Shown here: positions 44,677 to 57,400 of the stretch, piece by piece
Position numbering within the stretch: the stretch's first letter is position 1
Layout: each line of letters starts with the position of its first letter
From: Eutreptiella sp. 'Long Island Sound 2002'
Lineage: Eukaryota > Protista > Euglenida
Assembly: GCA_964036045.1 (NCBI GenBank)
Contig: OZ038378.1
Coordinates: forward strand, 14,136,001-14,200,000
DNA: 64,000 bases
Reading direction: 5' to 3'
Made by a program: the position numbers and the translations under genes
The notes under the pieces: generated by a model
Databases searched by the model: none
What the model was told of the DNA's origin: nothing
What the model saw: the letters and a program-made list of their open reading frames with translations, nothing else

Positions 44677-46264
44677 TAAAAGTCCGCACATCAAGATACG
44701 AACCGCCGCCTGCACAGTCGGCGCCAGCTGCGTTACCATTGGACCGCTGGCCGTGTTAGCAGCAGCATGCGTCCCCACTGCTTGTAGGCTATTAAGCAAA
44801 AACTTTTGACCCCCCCCCCAACACCCCCACCCCCCCACCCCCCAAAAAAGTGGTCTCCAGTTTTAGGGGATAGAGGCCTCAGAATCAAAAAATCCATTGG
44901 GGGATGGTCTTATTGGGCAAAATAATGATTTTACAAGGGGTTGGACATCCAATATCATGCATTGGGGTATGCTACGCGAATGACCCCAAAAAAGGGGGGT
45001 ATATGACGCCCGCGCCTGCGCTTGATCTAACAACCTCTCTTCGAGGTGATTTACACGGAATCTACACCCAAGAGACACGGAAATAAAAAAAAACCTATCC
45101 TCTTCCTCATATGGTATCTAGTCCACAAAGATTCATAGACCCAATTTGGTACAGGCCTGATCTGTTATCATTTGCCTCCTCTACCCCTAGCTCCACCAGA
45201 ATTGCAGGACTCATTGCATGAGGCACAAAGGAGGTTGGCATGCACAAGGGGCAGCTGCCAGTGTGCATGGGAGTGGTTGGTGTTGCTCAGGCATATGCCA
45301 ACCAACCCATGACCCAACCAACAAACTGCACCAAAGGTCAGGTGGTTCAAGGCACCACTTTTGAGTTGCGGTGCACAATTGAGTAATATCCACTGAAAGC
45401 CACTCCTAGGTCGACACCGTGGACTCCCAACAACAAAAGCAACTGTTTTGGGTTGTGGTGCACCTGCGAGCACTTCAGCAACATCTACCATACCGAATTA
45501 TCCTGTAGTCTTCATGACACGGCGTGGAACTCCCTGGGAGAAGCAGGGGCATCAAGCAGGGCACATAGTAAAACCTCCTTTTCTGCTTGCTCAGGTTCCC
45601 CATAGGGACCCTAATTGGAGTATGAGTATGCAGTTCACTGACCTTCCAGACACAACTGTACAAGAAGGAAAGCATTTCAGGGAGCGTAACTCTGTGGGGC
45701 TAACCTTATTGGGCTCTCCTCCCTACGGTTCCAATGACCGCACACGCCCCGTCAAGCAGCTAGAGATAGAGGCTTTGTCCATCGAGGGTCATGTCAATTG
45801 TGAACCCGAATGTACTGTTCCCAGCACAAATACAGTGTAATTGTAGAAAATTGTCTTCGGCACCATGGACTTTTGGAGTGTGCAGGGCCGTGGTACAGCA
45901 ATGGCAAGAATCTCAATGCAATGTGATCAATGTAATAGGGGTTGAACAATCCCAGCCAACTCTCATGAATGAGTGGATACATCTGCCGTGGCAATTACCA
46001 CTTGGGCTAGTTACAGGCAGCATGGCAGCCTTGTCCATACGAATCGGTGGGAATAGACAGCAGGGCTGGGCTGTGCAGCGCAATGCAACTTCCAGCTTTG
46101 GGAGCAGGGCTGGCAACGGGAGATCTGGGTGTGAGCTGCAACTTCCCAAAAAACCAGTTGTCCATCTGGTTGCTGCCGTCGATTTCTTGGGCCGGAACAA
46201 TACAGTGGCGGGTGGATGGAGCACTAGCACCCAATAGTTATTTCAACAAGTGTGCACTTTTGTA

Positions 46265-46410
46265 CCCCCCCCCCCCGTGTCCAGGAACCGGCAATGTTTG
46301 ATTGCGGAACCAGGGGTCGGTTCTTGCGCACACTTTTCCCTGAAAATTTGACCGCGGAACCAGGGGTTGGTTCTTGCGCAAGGTGGTTCCTGGACACGGG
46401 GGGGGGGGGG
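46265..46410. mobile_element. 146-bp MITE with poly-C/poly-G TIRs and TA TSD
   Basis: TA-Cn-GTGTCCAGGAACC ... GGTTCCTGGACAC-Gn-TA; internal GCGGAACCAGGGGT.GGTTCTTGCGCA occurs twice. Confidence 0.88.
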
Positions 46411-46554
46411 TATGCCCAAGGAGCTTAAACCACCCCTCCTTTCATTATCATGCGCGTGATTATATTTCGGTGCGTGATAATAGGGGGTGTGTGATATTAC
46501 TTTGACCGCCGTCCAGGGACAATTTGGAATCGAACACAGGAGAAGTTCTTACTT

Positions 46555-46896
46555 GTGAACAAGAGACAATTAAATGGCTGGGTGAAGATCGTGGATAAGC
46601 TGGGTGACTGTGGTGCGCAACGGACGTTTTTAGAATTTTGCTACACAGGCCACCAGAATGCTGTGAATCTCCTAGGCCACCAGAATGCTGTGAATCTCCT
46701 GGATGTGCCAACACTGTTTCAAGATTTAGGATACATCGATCCAACAAAGCTCAAATTGCGTGTCCCATTCCAGTTCGCTGTTCCCCAGCGTGCCGATCTC
46801 CCAAGGGGAGATGCATCCGCTCCTAAACCCAATCCCAAGCCCAACCCTAAACCAGTTTCAAGGCAGTTGTCAATGTCCGCATTTCTCTCCAAATAG
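46555..46896 (+). other. Orphan ORF fragment ending in a PIP-box-like motif, between short direct repeats
   Basis: Ends RQLSMSAFLSK. 27-bp duplication (GHQNAVNLL x2). Flanked by ATTATCATGC..ATTTCGGTGCGTGATAAT at about 46444 and 47005. Confidence 0.3.
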
Positions 46897-49800
46897 CTGG
46901 CCCAAGTAGCAATGGTGTTGCAAGAAATCCTGGTTTCTGCCTTTTGTGTTGCTACCTCTAACGTCACCAGTTGCATGCGTGATATTATTTTGGAGGTATA
47001 AAACATTATCATGCATGCGTGATATTATTTCGGTGCGTGATAATGATAGGGGGAGGGGTTTAGGGGGGGGGTGAGTGACGCGTCCACAAGACATGCTCTC
47101 CTGCCCAATGGCCAAAGTAACTCCTGGTCCCAAATTCATACGCTTCATAGGGGATCAGCAGGAAACGTAGAACTAAAATTTCGAGCCCTCCCAAGCACTG
47201 AGACACGGGAGGGGCCTGGGCCGAAACAAAGTCAAAGGTGGTCAAAATGTGCAGACACAGGTCAGCCAGATACCCCACGACCAAGGTCCTGCAGGATGTA
47301 TGTACAAGCAAAGAGCCAGCACCAGCAGCCCATGCAAGGCAATGCACCCAGAGTGTAGCCCCACATAGCCACAGACAGCGCCATGCACAGCCACACAGAA
47401 ACACACATAGAGGAACACAGAGCCACACACAGAGTCACAACACGCACACACACACGCACGCACAGGTCAGGTCAGGTCAGGTGGGGTGATGTCAGGTCGC
47501 ACCAGCAACCACTGTCCGCAGGCCCATCAGGTGGCATCGAGCTGCAAGACAGCTCGTCGTACCCACACACCCGAGTCAGCCCAGGACAATCCTGCCATCC
47601 CCCTCAGGAGCCCCCTGAGTGGAGACGGCGCTGTGCTGTGAGGGACAGGACTCGCCCCTGTCGAGCCCTACCCCCCTGAGCGCAGGGTAAGGGTGAAGAC
47701 GGAGTGCACGCAGAACCAGCATGCCCACCGGCCCTCCCACTACACAGGTACAGCAGGGCTGGTGCCCGGCAGACCTCGGTGGTACAACATTACAACAGGT
47801 CCTGCCCTCCTCCTCCTCCTGACCACTGGCCCCAGCACCCGCGCATCCCAGCGCGCGAGTAGTGCGGCCACCCAAGCGGAGGCCAAGGAGGCCCACCCCC
47901 CGATGGGACCCCAAGCCACACAAGGGTGGTATCAGCTGTTTGGCCGAGTGGACAACCTATTGGTCTGCCGTGTGGCAGTCATGGATTCAAATCCGGGCAG
48001 CGTCAATGGGCGATCCCATGGCTGCAACCGCTCCTCACCCCCCTCAACATCAACAAGGTTAAATATTTTTGGTTTACCTGAAACGCAAACCGTTACCACA
48101 ACTGAACACCCAAGACGAAACAGGCAGCGGGGACACACAACCAAAACAAACGTGGAAACTAGCGTAGCAGACACCCCCGCCCACCGCAGTCATTTTGCGG
48201 TCCCACGGCTGCACCAGCTGGCCCTCTGCAGGCAATCCTGCATGGCAGCAATAACCCCCCCCCCCCCCGCGGCTGAAGACTACCTTCGCTAAAGGCTTGG
48301 AAGAGGAAACGGACAACAGGCAGAGATGAACCCAAAGAACGCACAGTGCGCAGACCGACAGCCAGCGACCCTTGAAGGCAACCCCCACCCCCCCCGCCCC
48401 GGCCCCAACGAAGTCTGGTGGCCCAAGAGGTGGTGCGCACTAAACTGGTGGACCATGCACAAGCACTTTACTCACTGCACGCCGCGTGGCAGGCCGGATG
48501 GCCCTAACTTCTGCACAAGCACATCCGCACTATGAGGCATCCGCCCAGCTCGTCGACTGCGTGGTCGGCAGGCCCAGCTTCCCCTGAGGGGCAGTTCATG
48601 GGCCCCTAAGGCCCTCTTCGGACTGGGAAGATTAGCCCAAAGCCCAAAGCCCCCGCGGGTACACCGCTCACCCACAGAGTCGGGGCACAACGGCCCCTCA
48701 TAGGCACTGGCAAGACGGCCAGGGAGCCAGCAAAGGATGGCGCACATGACGGCTCACACAGCCACACAGCCAAACACAGCACACACAGCCACCTCCTCCT
48801 CGTGCACATGGCGCACAGGACAGACCCAGTGAGAGGGACTAAATTGTGTCGCAGTCCTTCTGTTGCCCGCTGAGTGCCCCGGCGTAGGGGGGGAGGGGCG
48901 GCAATGCCACCCCCAGTGAAAAGAGGGCGTGTTCCTTGGGGGCGTTAGAAACAGGTCAGCTACACAAGAATAGAGGCGGTGGAACTGAGCACATCACCAA
49001 ACTTTCATGACGGCTGAGGAACAGGGCCGACTTACACGAGGTCACAAGAATACAGTCCATAGACCTTCTGCGTCTTGGACAGGGCGAGGGGGATACTGTG
49101 GACAAAAAGGACACGGGGGTAGGGGCACCTTGCACAAAGCTGCTCAGGAAAGGGCTTCTGGTGCGGTTCCGGAAGGCAGTTGGCCACTGGGGTACGCTTG
49201 TGGGGCGTGTTTTGTATGGGCTACCAACGATTCAACGTCAAACAGAGGCATTGAATCGACGGTTCACTGCATAGAAAACTCGCGCGAGGCAACCTGCAAA
49301 GCTGGTGATGGAGGGCTCCCTCGAGAAAGACGCAAGATATGGCACCTTGAATTCCTCGGCGACACGAGTGTTGGTCACTATTCGGCTGACCCCCCCAAAG
49401 CAGGTGCCCCCCCCCCAAAAAAAACTTCAGCAGATGCTTGTCCGATCCTTCAGGTCTGCGAGCGCAGTGAAATCAAAAACAGCGAATTCACCCACATTTG
49501 GTGAGACGGAAGTGGACGTGTCACACCCAAAGGGTGCGACATGTATCTGTGGGCTGGTGTGTGGGTGTGTGGGTTAGGCGTCGAGATGGCGGGGGAGGGA
49601 ATTCCACAAAAGCTGGTTGGGTATCATGTGATACAACCGGTGTCCATTGCCACGTGTGTTGTGTCTGCGTTTATTGATCAGGGTGATTTGTTCGTAGGGG
49701 GGGATTGAGGGCGGGGGGAGAGGAGGGCGGCGGGGGGAGGGGGGGTTGAGGGCTGGGGCAATGCAGTCCTGCGGCTGGGAGTGGCACGTCTGTCCCACTG

Positions 49801-50606
49801 CTTATGATTGCAGTGTTCTGCCACCATGGCGTCCACCGCCACGCTGTGTTATGGTAGGGGAGCAGAGGGTCCGCTTGGGAAAGGGGGTGGGGGCTTGCAT
49901 GGAAACTGGGAGGGTGCAACCTGGTGCTGTTGCTGCGAGGGGTTGGCCACCACCAGCAGGCCTAAACCACAACTGCAAAACTCCGATGGTCCAGCAGACG
50001 TCATGTTTGGACCAAAGACCATCACAGGCGCGGAACGTACCCGGCAGAAATTCTGATGGTGTAACCGGAGATGTTGCAGGATGTAAGTGCCACACCTAAT
50101 CCCATTGTTGTCTCGCACATTTCTGCCCATACTTCCAATCCAATCCCATCTTTCCACCCCCGCTTCACCCCATTATCCCCATTTCTGCACTCAGCTATGA
50201 TGTTGCGGAAGACGTCCCCAATCTGGGTACATCTCGGCCTGCCACCGGGCATGTCCCGCCGAGAAGTGACCAAAATGGTGCAACAAACGGATGGCACGGC
50301 CGAAACTCTTCTTGAAAGGCCCAGTGCATGCAGTCATCAATACACTCTGCACTGGGTCCAATCTGACCCTCACAGTACCCACCCTCCAGACCGACAGCCC
50401 GCATTGGATCACGGTCCAGCGACCCGAATAACGGCGGCTGCTGGAGCCTCCCCGACAACCGATCGTCGTTTTAGGCTTGCCTGGTAAGATCATGCTTTTG
50501 ATCGCCGCGGAGAGATACCTTCTGGCAGGCATCAATGGTGTGCAGCACGGGTGTGTCAACAGCACCCATATCTGTCCAAAAACTAACACAATACACCAGC
50601 TGCCGG

Positions 50607-51963
50607 TCACTGCAGAGTCTTGTGAAAGGCTGCATATGCCGTTTCCATGTCGAACAGGAACTGTCGGGCCTCTTCCTCCGACAGCTCTTCACTGGCTGGC
50701 ATTTGGTTCAGCTTGACGAGCCACTGCAGCAATTTGGCGCGGCCGCTGAAGTTGGCGTCCCCGAGCTTCAGAATGGCCTCATTGAGGTCGTTGAGGGTGG
50801 GCTGCAGCTGATCAGCTGCGCGCTGGTCCAACTTCAAGGCGTCCATGACGGTGATGAAGTGCTGCCCAACCTCAAACACAATCTGCACATAGAGGGGTCC
50901 GAGGACGATGTGGCACGGGCTCCAGCCGGCTACTTTTCCTGTGCCCGTACCCTGTGCCTGTCTGCCCGTCACCCAACCCACCCTAACCCTCGCTGACCCC
51001 TCCTACACAGCCATGCACCACCACTCCCAATCCACCAAAGCCTGTCCAGCGCCTACAATCTCCGGCTCTCTCCCAAGCTCCCCTTTTGGCGACCCAGGAG
51101 GATGCTGCAGCTCTGGGTCTGGGCCTAGACGAAAGAGCAGCGGCATTCCTTCTGCAACTGCGCCCCTGCAACTGCGTTCCAATGCCGCAAACCACGCCAG
51201 CCCTCGCCAACACCACTTCATTGCAATCACTGACACCAGCGCCCTCATTCAGGCGGGGCAGCTGGCTTCCGGATTCTCAGTCCGCTGGGGCATGGGCAAA
51301 ACATGGGCTAGTCCGCGGGTTGTGGACACACGTGGGTCCACCTGAGGACTGCCCCTCACCCTCCACAGACACACCCTCACGCACTCACTCCATTCGATTG
51401 GACACCCTCAGAATAAATGTGTACATCAGCCGCTTCCATGGCACAAGCCCTGGGCATTCGCCCCCCTTCTGCCCCACAGGTTCTTGGCCTTTTCCAAGAC
51501 AAGTGCACACAGCATGCGGGCACCTGCACACGGCTGTTGTTGCCTGTGGGTTGTGCCCCACTGCCATGTTCACCGATCGCAGTCAGCCCCGTGTTAAGGC
51601 GGTGGTTAGCGGCCGAGGCCTGCAGCTTGTAGGTGTCCGTGAATTGGGAAAGCGACAATACATCATCCCCCAACGCCGGCTGGAGGGTCTTGTACTTGCT
51701 GATCAGTGCACGGCACAGGGAATCGTACTTCTGTGGGGCCACCGCATCCCGGACATAGGCCTTCTCCAAGTGCTCCAGCGTCTGAATAATGGAGTAGAGC
51801 TCGGCCATGTTCTCATATCGCTCTCTTTCCGTTCGGCTGTTGGCCAACACAAGCCGGTCCGCTCTGCGGACCCGGTGCACTCCTGATGGCTGGCCGCTGG
51901 AGGGGGGGAACAGGGATGCCCCCCCAGCGGCAACACCTGTGAGAATGTATGGTTCCCCGCCAT
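50607..51963 (-). CDS. VPS28: ESCRT-I subunit VPS28, 222 aa; exons 51963-51937, 51889-51524, 50882-50607
   Basis: ERERYENMAELYSIIQTLEHLEKAYVRD and HFITVMDALKL...WLVKLNQMPASEELSEEEARQFLFDMETAYAAF. Both GT-AG introns give in-frame joins. The model for exon 1 is less certain. Confidence 0.93.
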
Positions 51964-53304
51964 GAGCAACACAGTGCCCTGCAAGACCCGTCTCGCAGAG
52001 TTGGATCCCGGCCCCAACAAGACGTCCAAAACAGCACAGCCCCACCAGACATGTGCAGTCCCACAAGGCCAAACCCCAGGGAGCAGCTCCTAGACAGGGG
52101 TGCCCACAATACCCCCTCCCCCCCAGAAGTGCCAGACTTTGATGCGCCTGGACAGCAACCAGCTGATAATCATCTGCTGCTGTTAACCCTCCCCTCGCTG
52201 ATTTCGGTGCTGAAATTACATTTCCATTTCAGACATGGCAGATGTCCAACTGAATTTCTTGGTTGCACATGACGATGATTTGTTGGAAGGATCAGATGGT
52301 TCCGATCTAGGCAGTGTATTTGATGGAGAAACTAATGAGGAACCTGAGGCTGCAGAAGAGGGACTTGATGTGAACAACATGGATGACGACGACTTTTCTG
52401 ACGTTGCGCAAAATGGTGAGGACTGCAATGCTCCTCCTCCTGCTGTTGAATTTCAAGCCGCCATTCTAGTTTGGCTCTATTGCTACTGAAGTTCATGCAT
52501 AACTACAAGAAGGCAGAAATCTGAGTGTGGCAACTTCCACAGTGCATTGCCATGCATTGTTTGCTGGGCAGTTTCACCCAAAGGGGGTACTTAAAGTACT
52601 CAGTTTCCCTGGGATCCTCAAGGGGGTTACTGAAGTGTGGGTGTGGGTGTGGGTGTGGGGAGGGGTGGAGTGCGTCAAGGGTATCTTAAGCTGTGTTGTT
52701 GTTGGGGGGGGGGGGGGGCTATTGCCTCAGCAGTTTGGTTGGCTGCTGACCACTATCGATTGACCACCAAACTTGGGGTGCACTACTTGCACATTGTTGG
52801 CAAAAAAAAGGGAGGGGAGTCGTAAACAGTGAAAAATGGTGCGATTTTGCGTGCACAGCAGCTGTAACAGGGGGGCAACGAACACATAAACCGCATTTTT
52901 ACGGCGCTTACGCCACAAGAAAAAAGCGTCTAAAAGCGGGGAAATGGGCTAAAAATTATTGTTCTCCTATTGGCTATTTCCCAAAAACATCAACTTTGCT
53001 ATCAGGGCAGGGCAAAACTACGAGTTCAAGAATGCTTTACTGGCATTGTCGCTGTTGCTGTTGTTGCAACTACAACAAGAGCAATGTTGAGCTAGGGGTA
53101 AAACACACTCTATGCATTTCTAAGCCATGGGGGGAAACGGACGTGCACAGTTATGCAACCCAGTCATGCTCCTTTCGCGTCTGAAATTAAGCCCAGAAAT
53201 GGAAACAAGGCTAACAGGAGAAACTCTTTTTCAAGCACGAAAATGGGACTTCAGTCGTTCTAGAAAACCACTTTCACAGCCCTTTTACAGCGGAGGTGCT
53301 GTAA

Positions 53305-54332
53305 AAAATTGCAGCGGAAGCGGCGTAAAATTTACGGACAAGGCGCCAGAAGTTGGACCATGGTCACACAAAGGCTGTAAAATAGGACGCAAAATGAGGT
53401 TGAACATTTTACCATGCACAGGCTGTAAACTCCACAAGGGCCGAGGAATGCATGTACCTGTTGTTTATCATGTGAACATGCATCGTGCAAGATATGGGGT
53501 GATCTCAAAAGGTTTCCACATGAGCCCAACAAGATCCAGCTGTTACCCTGTCTTGGGGTTGGTTTGAAACGGGCTGTAAGAGCCCGAAACTTTTCCAAGT
53601 GGGGAGCCCCCCAGTCTCAATGCAGTGCACCACTAGCCTGAATGCCACAAAAAACCCATAGTCATGATAATCGCCACAAACAAGAGATTCAGGAATGTCG
53701 TGCACTGTAGCAAGAATGGGGGCCTCCCCACTTGGAAGAAGCTGGCTCTCACAGCCTGTTTCAAACATCCCCGAAAAAGACAACCTAACAGTTTCAAGTT
53801 TCAACTGTTGGATCCCATTAGGCTTGTGTTGAAACCTGTTGAGATCCCCCCTTATTTTTGTGACCCCTGCGTATGGCATGTCACATTTGTCACTCTGTTT
53901 AAATGCACACGGACACTTTCTGGTTGGTGTTGGTGACGAGCAGTGCCACAAAAACCCAAGTGTCATGATAATTGCCACAAACAAGAGATTCAGGAAAGTG
54001 GTGCACTGCAGTGAAACCGGGGGGGCTCCCCACATGGAAGAAGTTCTGGCTCTTACAGCCCATTTCAAACCAACCTCCAAGATAGTGCAACAGCTGAATC
54101 CCATTGGGCTTGTGTGGAAACCTTTTTAGGTCAACCCCATATCAGCATGATGCATGTTTACATGATACATGACAGGTATATGCACTCCTCTGCCCAGGTC
54201 CTTGTTGGTTTTATGGCTGATGCACAGAAAAATGTTGAACGACATTTTGCGTCCTATTTTACGGCTTCTGTGTGACCATGGTCCAAATCATGACGCTTTG
54301 TCTGTGAAATTTTACGGCGCTTCCACCGTAAA
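53305..54332. mobile_element. Fold-back element with ~330-bp inverted arms
   Basis: 53305-53632 is the imperfect reverse complement of 53998-54332. The spacer 53640-53890 is a direct repeat of 53940-54170. Confidence 0.8.
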
Positions 54333-54955
54333 ATCAGTTGTTCCAAAACCCCTATCTTTTCCGGGAAACCTGATTTCAACAGTCAAGAAAACCCATCCAG
54401 CAACTCACTTGTGCACACCTTGTCTTTTCTGTATCGTTATTTATCATCTTTGCTGCCCTTGCTCCCGCACGCCCTCCTGCATTTTGCGCCGCTTGCACCA
54501 TAAATTTCCGGCGAAAAGGGAACCATATTGGCCGACGGCAATCCCGCCAACACGGAGCATTTTTTGGGGTCGCTGGCATTGTTGCCTTATTTGTGCTGAT
54601 TGAGTGTCCCGTAGGGGGGGCCTCAAATGGTCAGGTTGCAGTGTCCGCATTTGGCTCTGGCTGCGCCTGCCCCACAGCTGTCATCGCCATCTGTCCAATC
54701 TGCCAATGTTCGGCGGAGCCTCAGCTCGAGGTCTGTTCAGCAGTTCATCCCTCGTCCCTGTGTCCGCTCGCTGCATTCGCTTCCTGGGCTCTACAGGGTT
54801 ATGCGTGCATCCAGGTCAAAGGTCACTCCCTTCCCGTGGTGCTGCTGTAGCTGGCCCCATTCGGCCACACTAGGTCGGGCTTTGCTGGGGCCTTAGGTTG
54901 AAAAACCCAGTGGGTACAGGATCGGTTAAGGTCAAAGACATTCAACATTCAACAC

Positions 54956-57400
54956 TCAGGGGGTAAGGCATCGTGACCCTTCAGTGCTGCATGACATCGT
55001 TGAAGCCGTGGAGGGGGAGCCCGGCGCGGATGCATCCGAGTGGGGCTCCTGTGACGAAGTCTCATAGTTCAGTTCCTTCCGGGGGGACAGGGGTTCTTCG
55101 CCCTCCATTGCCACCAGCTCCAACGATGCTAGCAGCTGCAGGGACACTCGGGGGGACATGGGTGACAGGGATTGTGGCGTGTGGAACGTGGTTCTCGCTG
55201 GTCCCACACGGTAGGGCGTGCTCGTTCGCCGGCTTGTGGCTGGCGTGGCCTCCGTGTGATTAGGCAACGGGCCGCGTACCGCCGACCACTGGAGTGTGGA
55301 TCCTGGTGTGGCCTGGCGTTGTTTCTTTTTGATTTGCACCGGTGTACACACCTCGATATCCCACGGTGGTGAGAGGGGGGTTGGGCGTCCTGATGGCGTT
55401 TTAACTGGGGTGTACGACTGTGTTACCGGCGGTGTGCTGGGCATCGCCGCCTCGTGCGGGGCTGTGAGTGGCGTTAGCGACTGCGAGTACTCGTTTTCCT
55501 CCCACCCCCAGATGGACGTCTCCTCCGGCAGGGGGGCGTCTTCCTTCTCTGTCGGGTGTGGGCGCCTTGAAATGCGCCCGAAGAGGAGCGGTGACCGGCG
55601 GCGTCCCACATCGGCGAGGTGGTCCGCCCGTCCATTTCCTTTGATGCCGATGTGGGACGGTATGTGTAGCCACTTGACTTCCTCTCCCCACCGCTCTACG
55701 AGTTCCAAGATCTGGATCCAGAGGTCCACGTGCTTCACTTTACCCGCTGAATTGTGCCACTTATGTCACCTCCAACGCTGTGCCCAGCCCAGCACCCCGT
55801 TAACAACCAGTAGTGAGTCCGGACATATTAGCGACCGTTGCCCTGCGCGGTGTCCCTGCAGGCTGCGGAGGGCGGCTCGTAGTTCCCCTCTGTTGTTTGT
55901 TTGATCTTCTTCCACCGGGATGAACTCTGCAGTGTCCCGTTCGTCCCCAAAAAATACACCGTAGCCCCCCACCCATCCTACTTCTGGATGTTTTTCCGAC
56001 GACCCGTCTGGATAGATGATTTGCCATCCCTGTTGTTGGTATCCGCGGATGATTTCTTCGCACCGTGCCGCCAACTCCTCTGCATGTTGGAATTTTTTGG
56101 GCCGCTTGCGCGCTGGCAGGCGCAGTTGGGGGGGGGACCTGGTGGATGAGACCGCCACTCGTGGGTGCTGTAGAACAGTACCGTCCCTCATGGACTCCAG
56201 GGCCTTTATCAGCAGTGTAATTTCATCCGTGGGGAGGATGGGGGACGGGTGTTCTTCCCACCCACGCAACACTTTCAGCCACAGCGCTTGGAACTGGTCC
56301 CACGTGGGCCGCCCCATGTGCTGGTTCAGTTTGTGCATGCATCGCTGCGACCATGCCGCCCTCACTATGGACCACAGCGTGACTCCCAGCGGTGTGGTGA
56401 GGGAGAGGATTGGGTTTTCCCAGAGAATGTCCGTCGGATCAGATACCGGTCCCTCGGGCGTGGCCGCCGGCCCCAGGCACTGGGTTGCAATGTGGGCTGC
56501 CACGGACACATACCTGCACCCTGCCACCGCGTGTTGTGAAGTTTCCTGGACGCCACAGATGGGACATGCTGTTTCATGTGGCTGCCAGTTGGCCAGTCTT
56601 ACCCCGACTGACAGTTTTTTCCACAGGGCGGTCTGTATGAACTGTCTGTCTGGGGGGGGGAGCAGTAGCTTATGCCATGCCTTCCAGACCTCCGGTTTCT
56701 GCCTCGGTGGCTCTGGTGTTTGTGCCATGAGGAAGCGCAGCATGGCCCTGTTATTCCAGTTTAACCAGAAAGTGGGCTTAGCTTCATCTGGGGTCGAGGG
56801 CCTGGGCCGGGGGCGCGCGCGCAGGAGCTCCAAGCCTGCCACATACACCGGCTCCCAGGTGCGGGGGAGGTGAGAGCACCCCCCCTCCATTCCGCTGAGT
56901 TGCGCCACTGTCATTACCCCTTTTCTGATTGTTGAGGGGGAGAAATAGGTGTTGTTGTGTGTGTCGCGGAACCATGCTGAGTGCCAGAGCGGCATGTCTG
57001 GGACGATGCCGTCTGGCGGCGTGGCTATTGGGGCGGTTTTTCTGAGGAGCGAAAATGCTTTGCATGAAGTTCCCAGGAAGGGGTACGTTTTCCACGGGAT
57101 GGGCCCCAGTTGTAGCCATGGCAAAAAACGCCCATCCAATTCGATGCCGAAGGCTCGCGTCCACACCATCATGTGTTGTCCGGACAGTGCTGGCACCTTT
57201 TGTGGTTCGTTACGTGACACAACAAATGGCGTGGCGTGTTGCCACAGGAGGTATGTGCGTGGCTGTGGCAGGTGGCCGCCCCCTGCTGTGGGCGGCATCG
57301 CCAGGATTGGCAGGGTCAGGCCCCAGCTATTCAGATGCAGCCCTACCTTGTAAATTGTCGCCAGTTTGGCCACCACTGAGTCCGTTGGAAAATAGGCTCT
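54956..57400 (-). pseudogene. 5'-truncated L1/Tx1-like LINE: post-RT region, zf-RVT, RNase HI and Ser/Pro-rich tail; one TGA at 55766
   Basis: ALWKKL..CPICGVQETSQHAVAGC (zf-RVT). IYPDGS..GGYGVFF..QTNNRGEL..ICPDS..WR*HKW..KHVDLW..HIPSHIGIKGNGRAD (RNase HI). ORFs 55766-57517 and 54956-55738 share a frame. Confidence 0.88.

Noticed and set aside
46820-46856. Telomere-like CCCTAA repeats
   Set aside because: Irregular and only three units; it encodes the PKPN linker of a short ORF.
48300-49500. Further YR-retroelement relic
   Set aside because: Only a vague resemblance (RTTSWATRLRWG...LQGSL); no catalytic motif could be recovered.
52235-52489. Acidic 84-aa ORF
   Set aside because: Low complexity with no domain or context; possibly a transposon fragment, but unsupported.
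54945-54962. Second SL-like match (CTGAGTGTT on the minus strand)
   Set aside because: Only 8 nt match with no T tract; it is simply the LINE ORF stop region.
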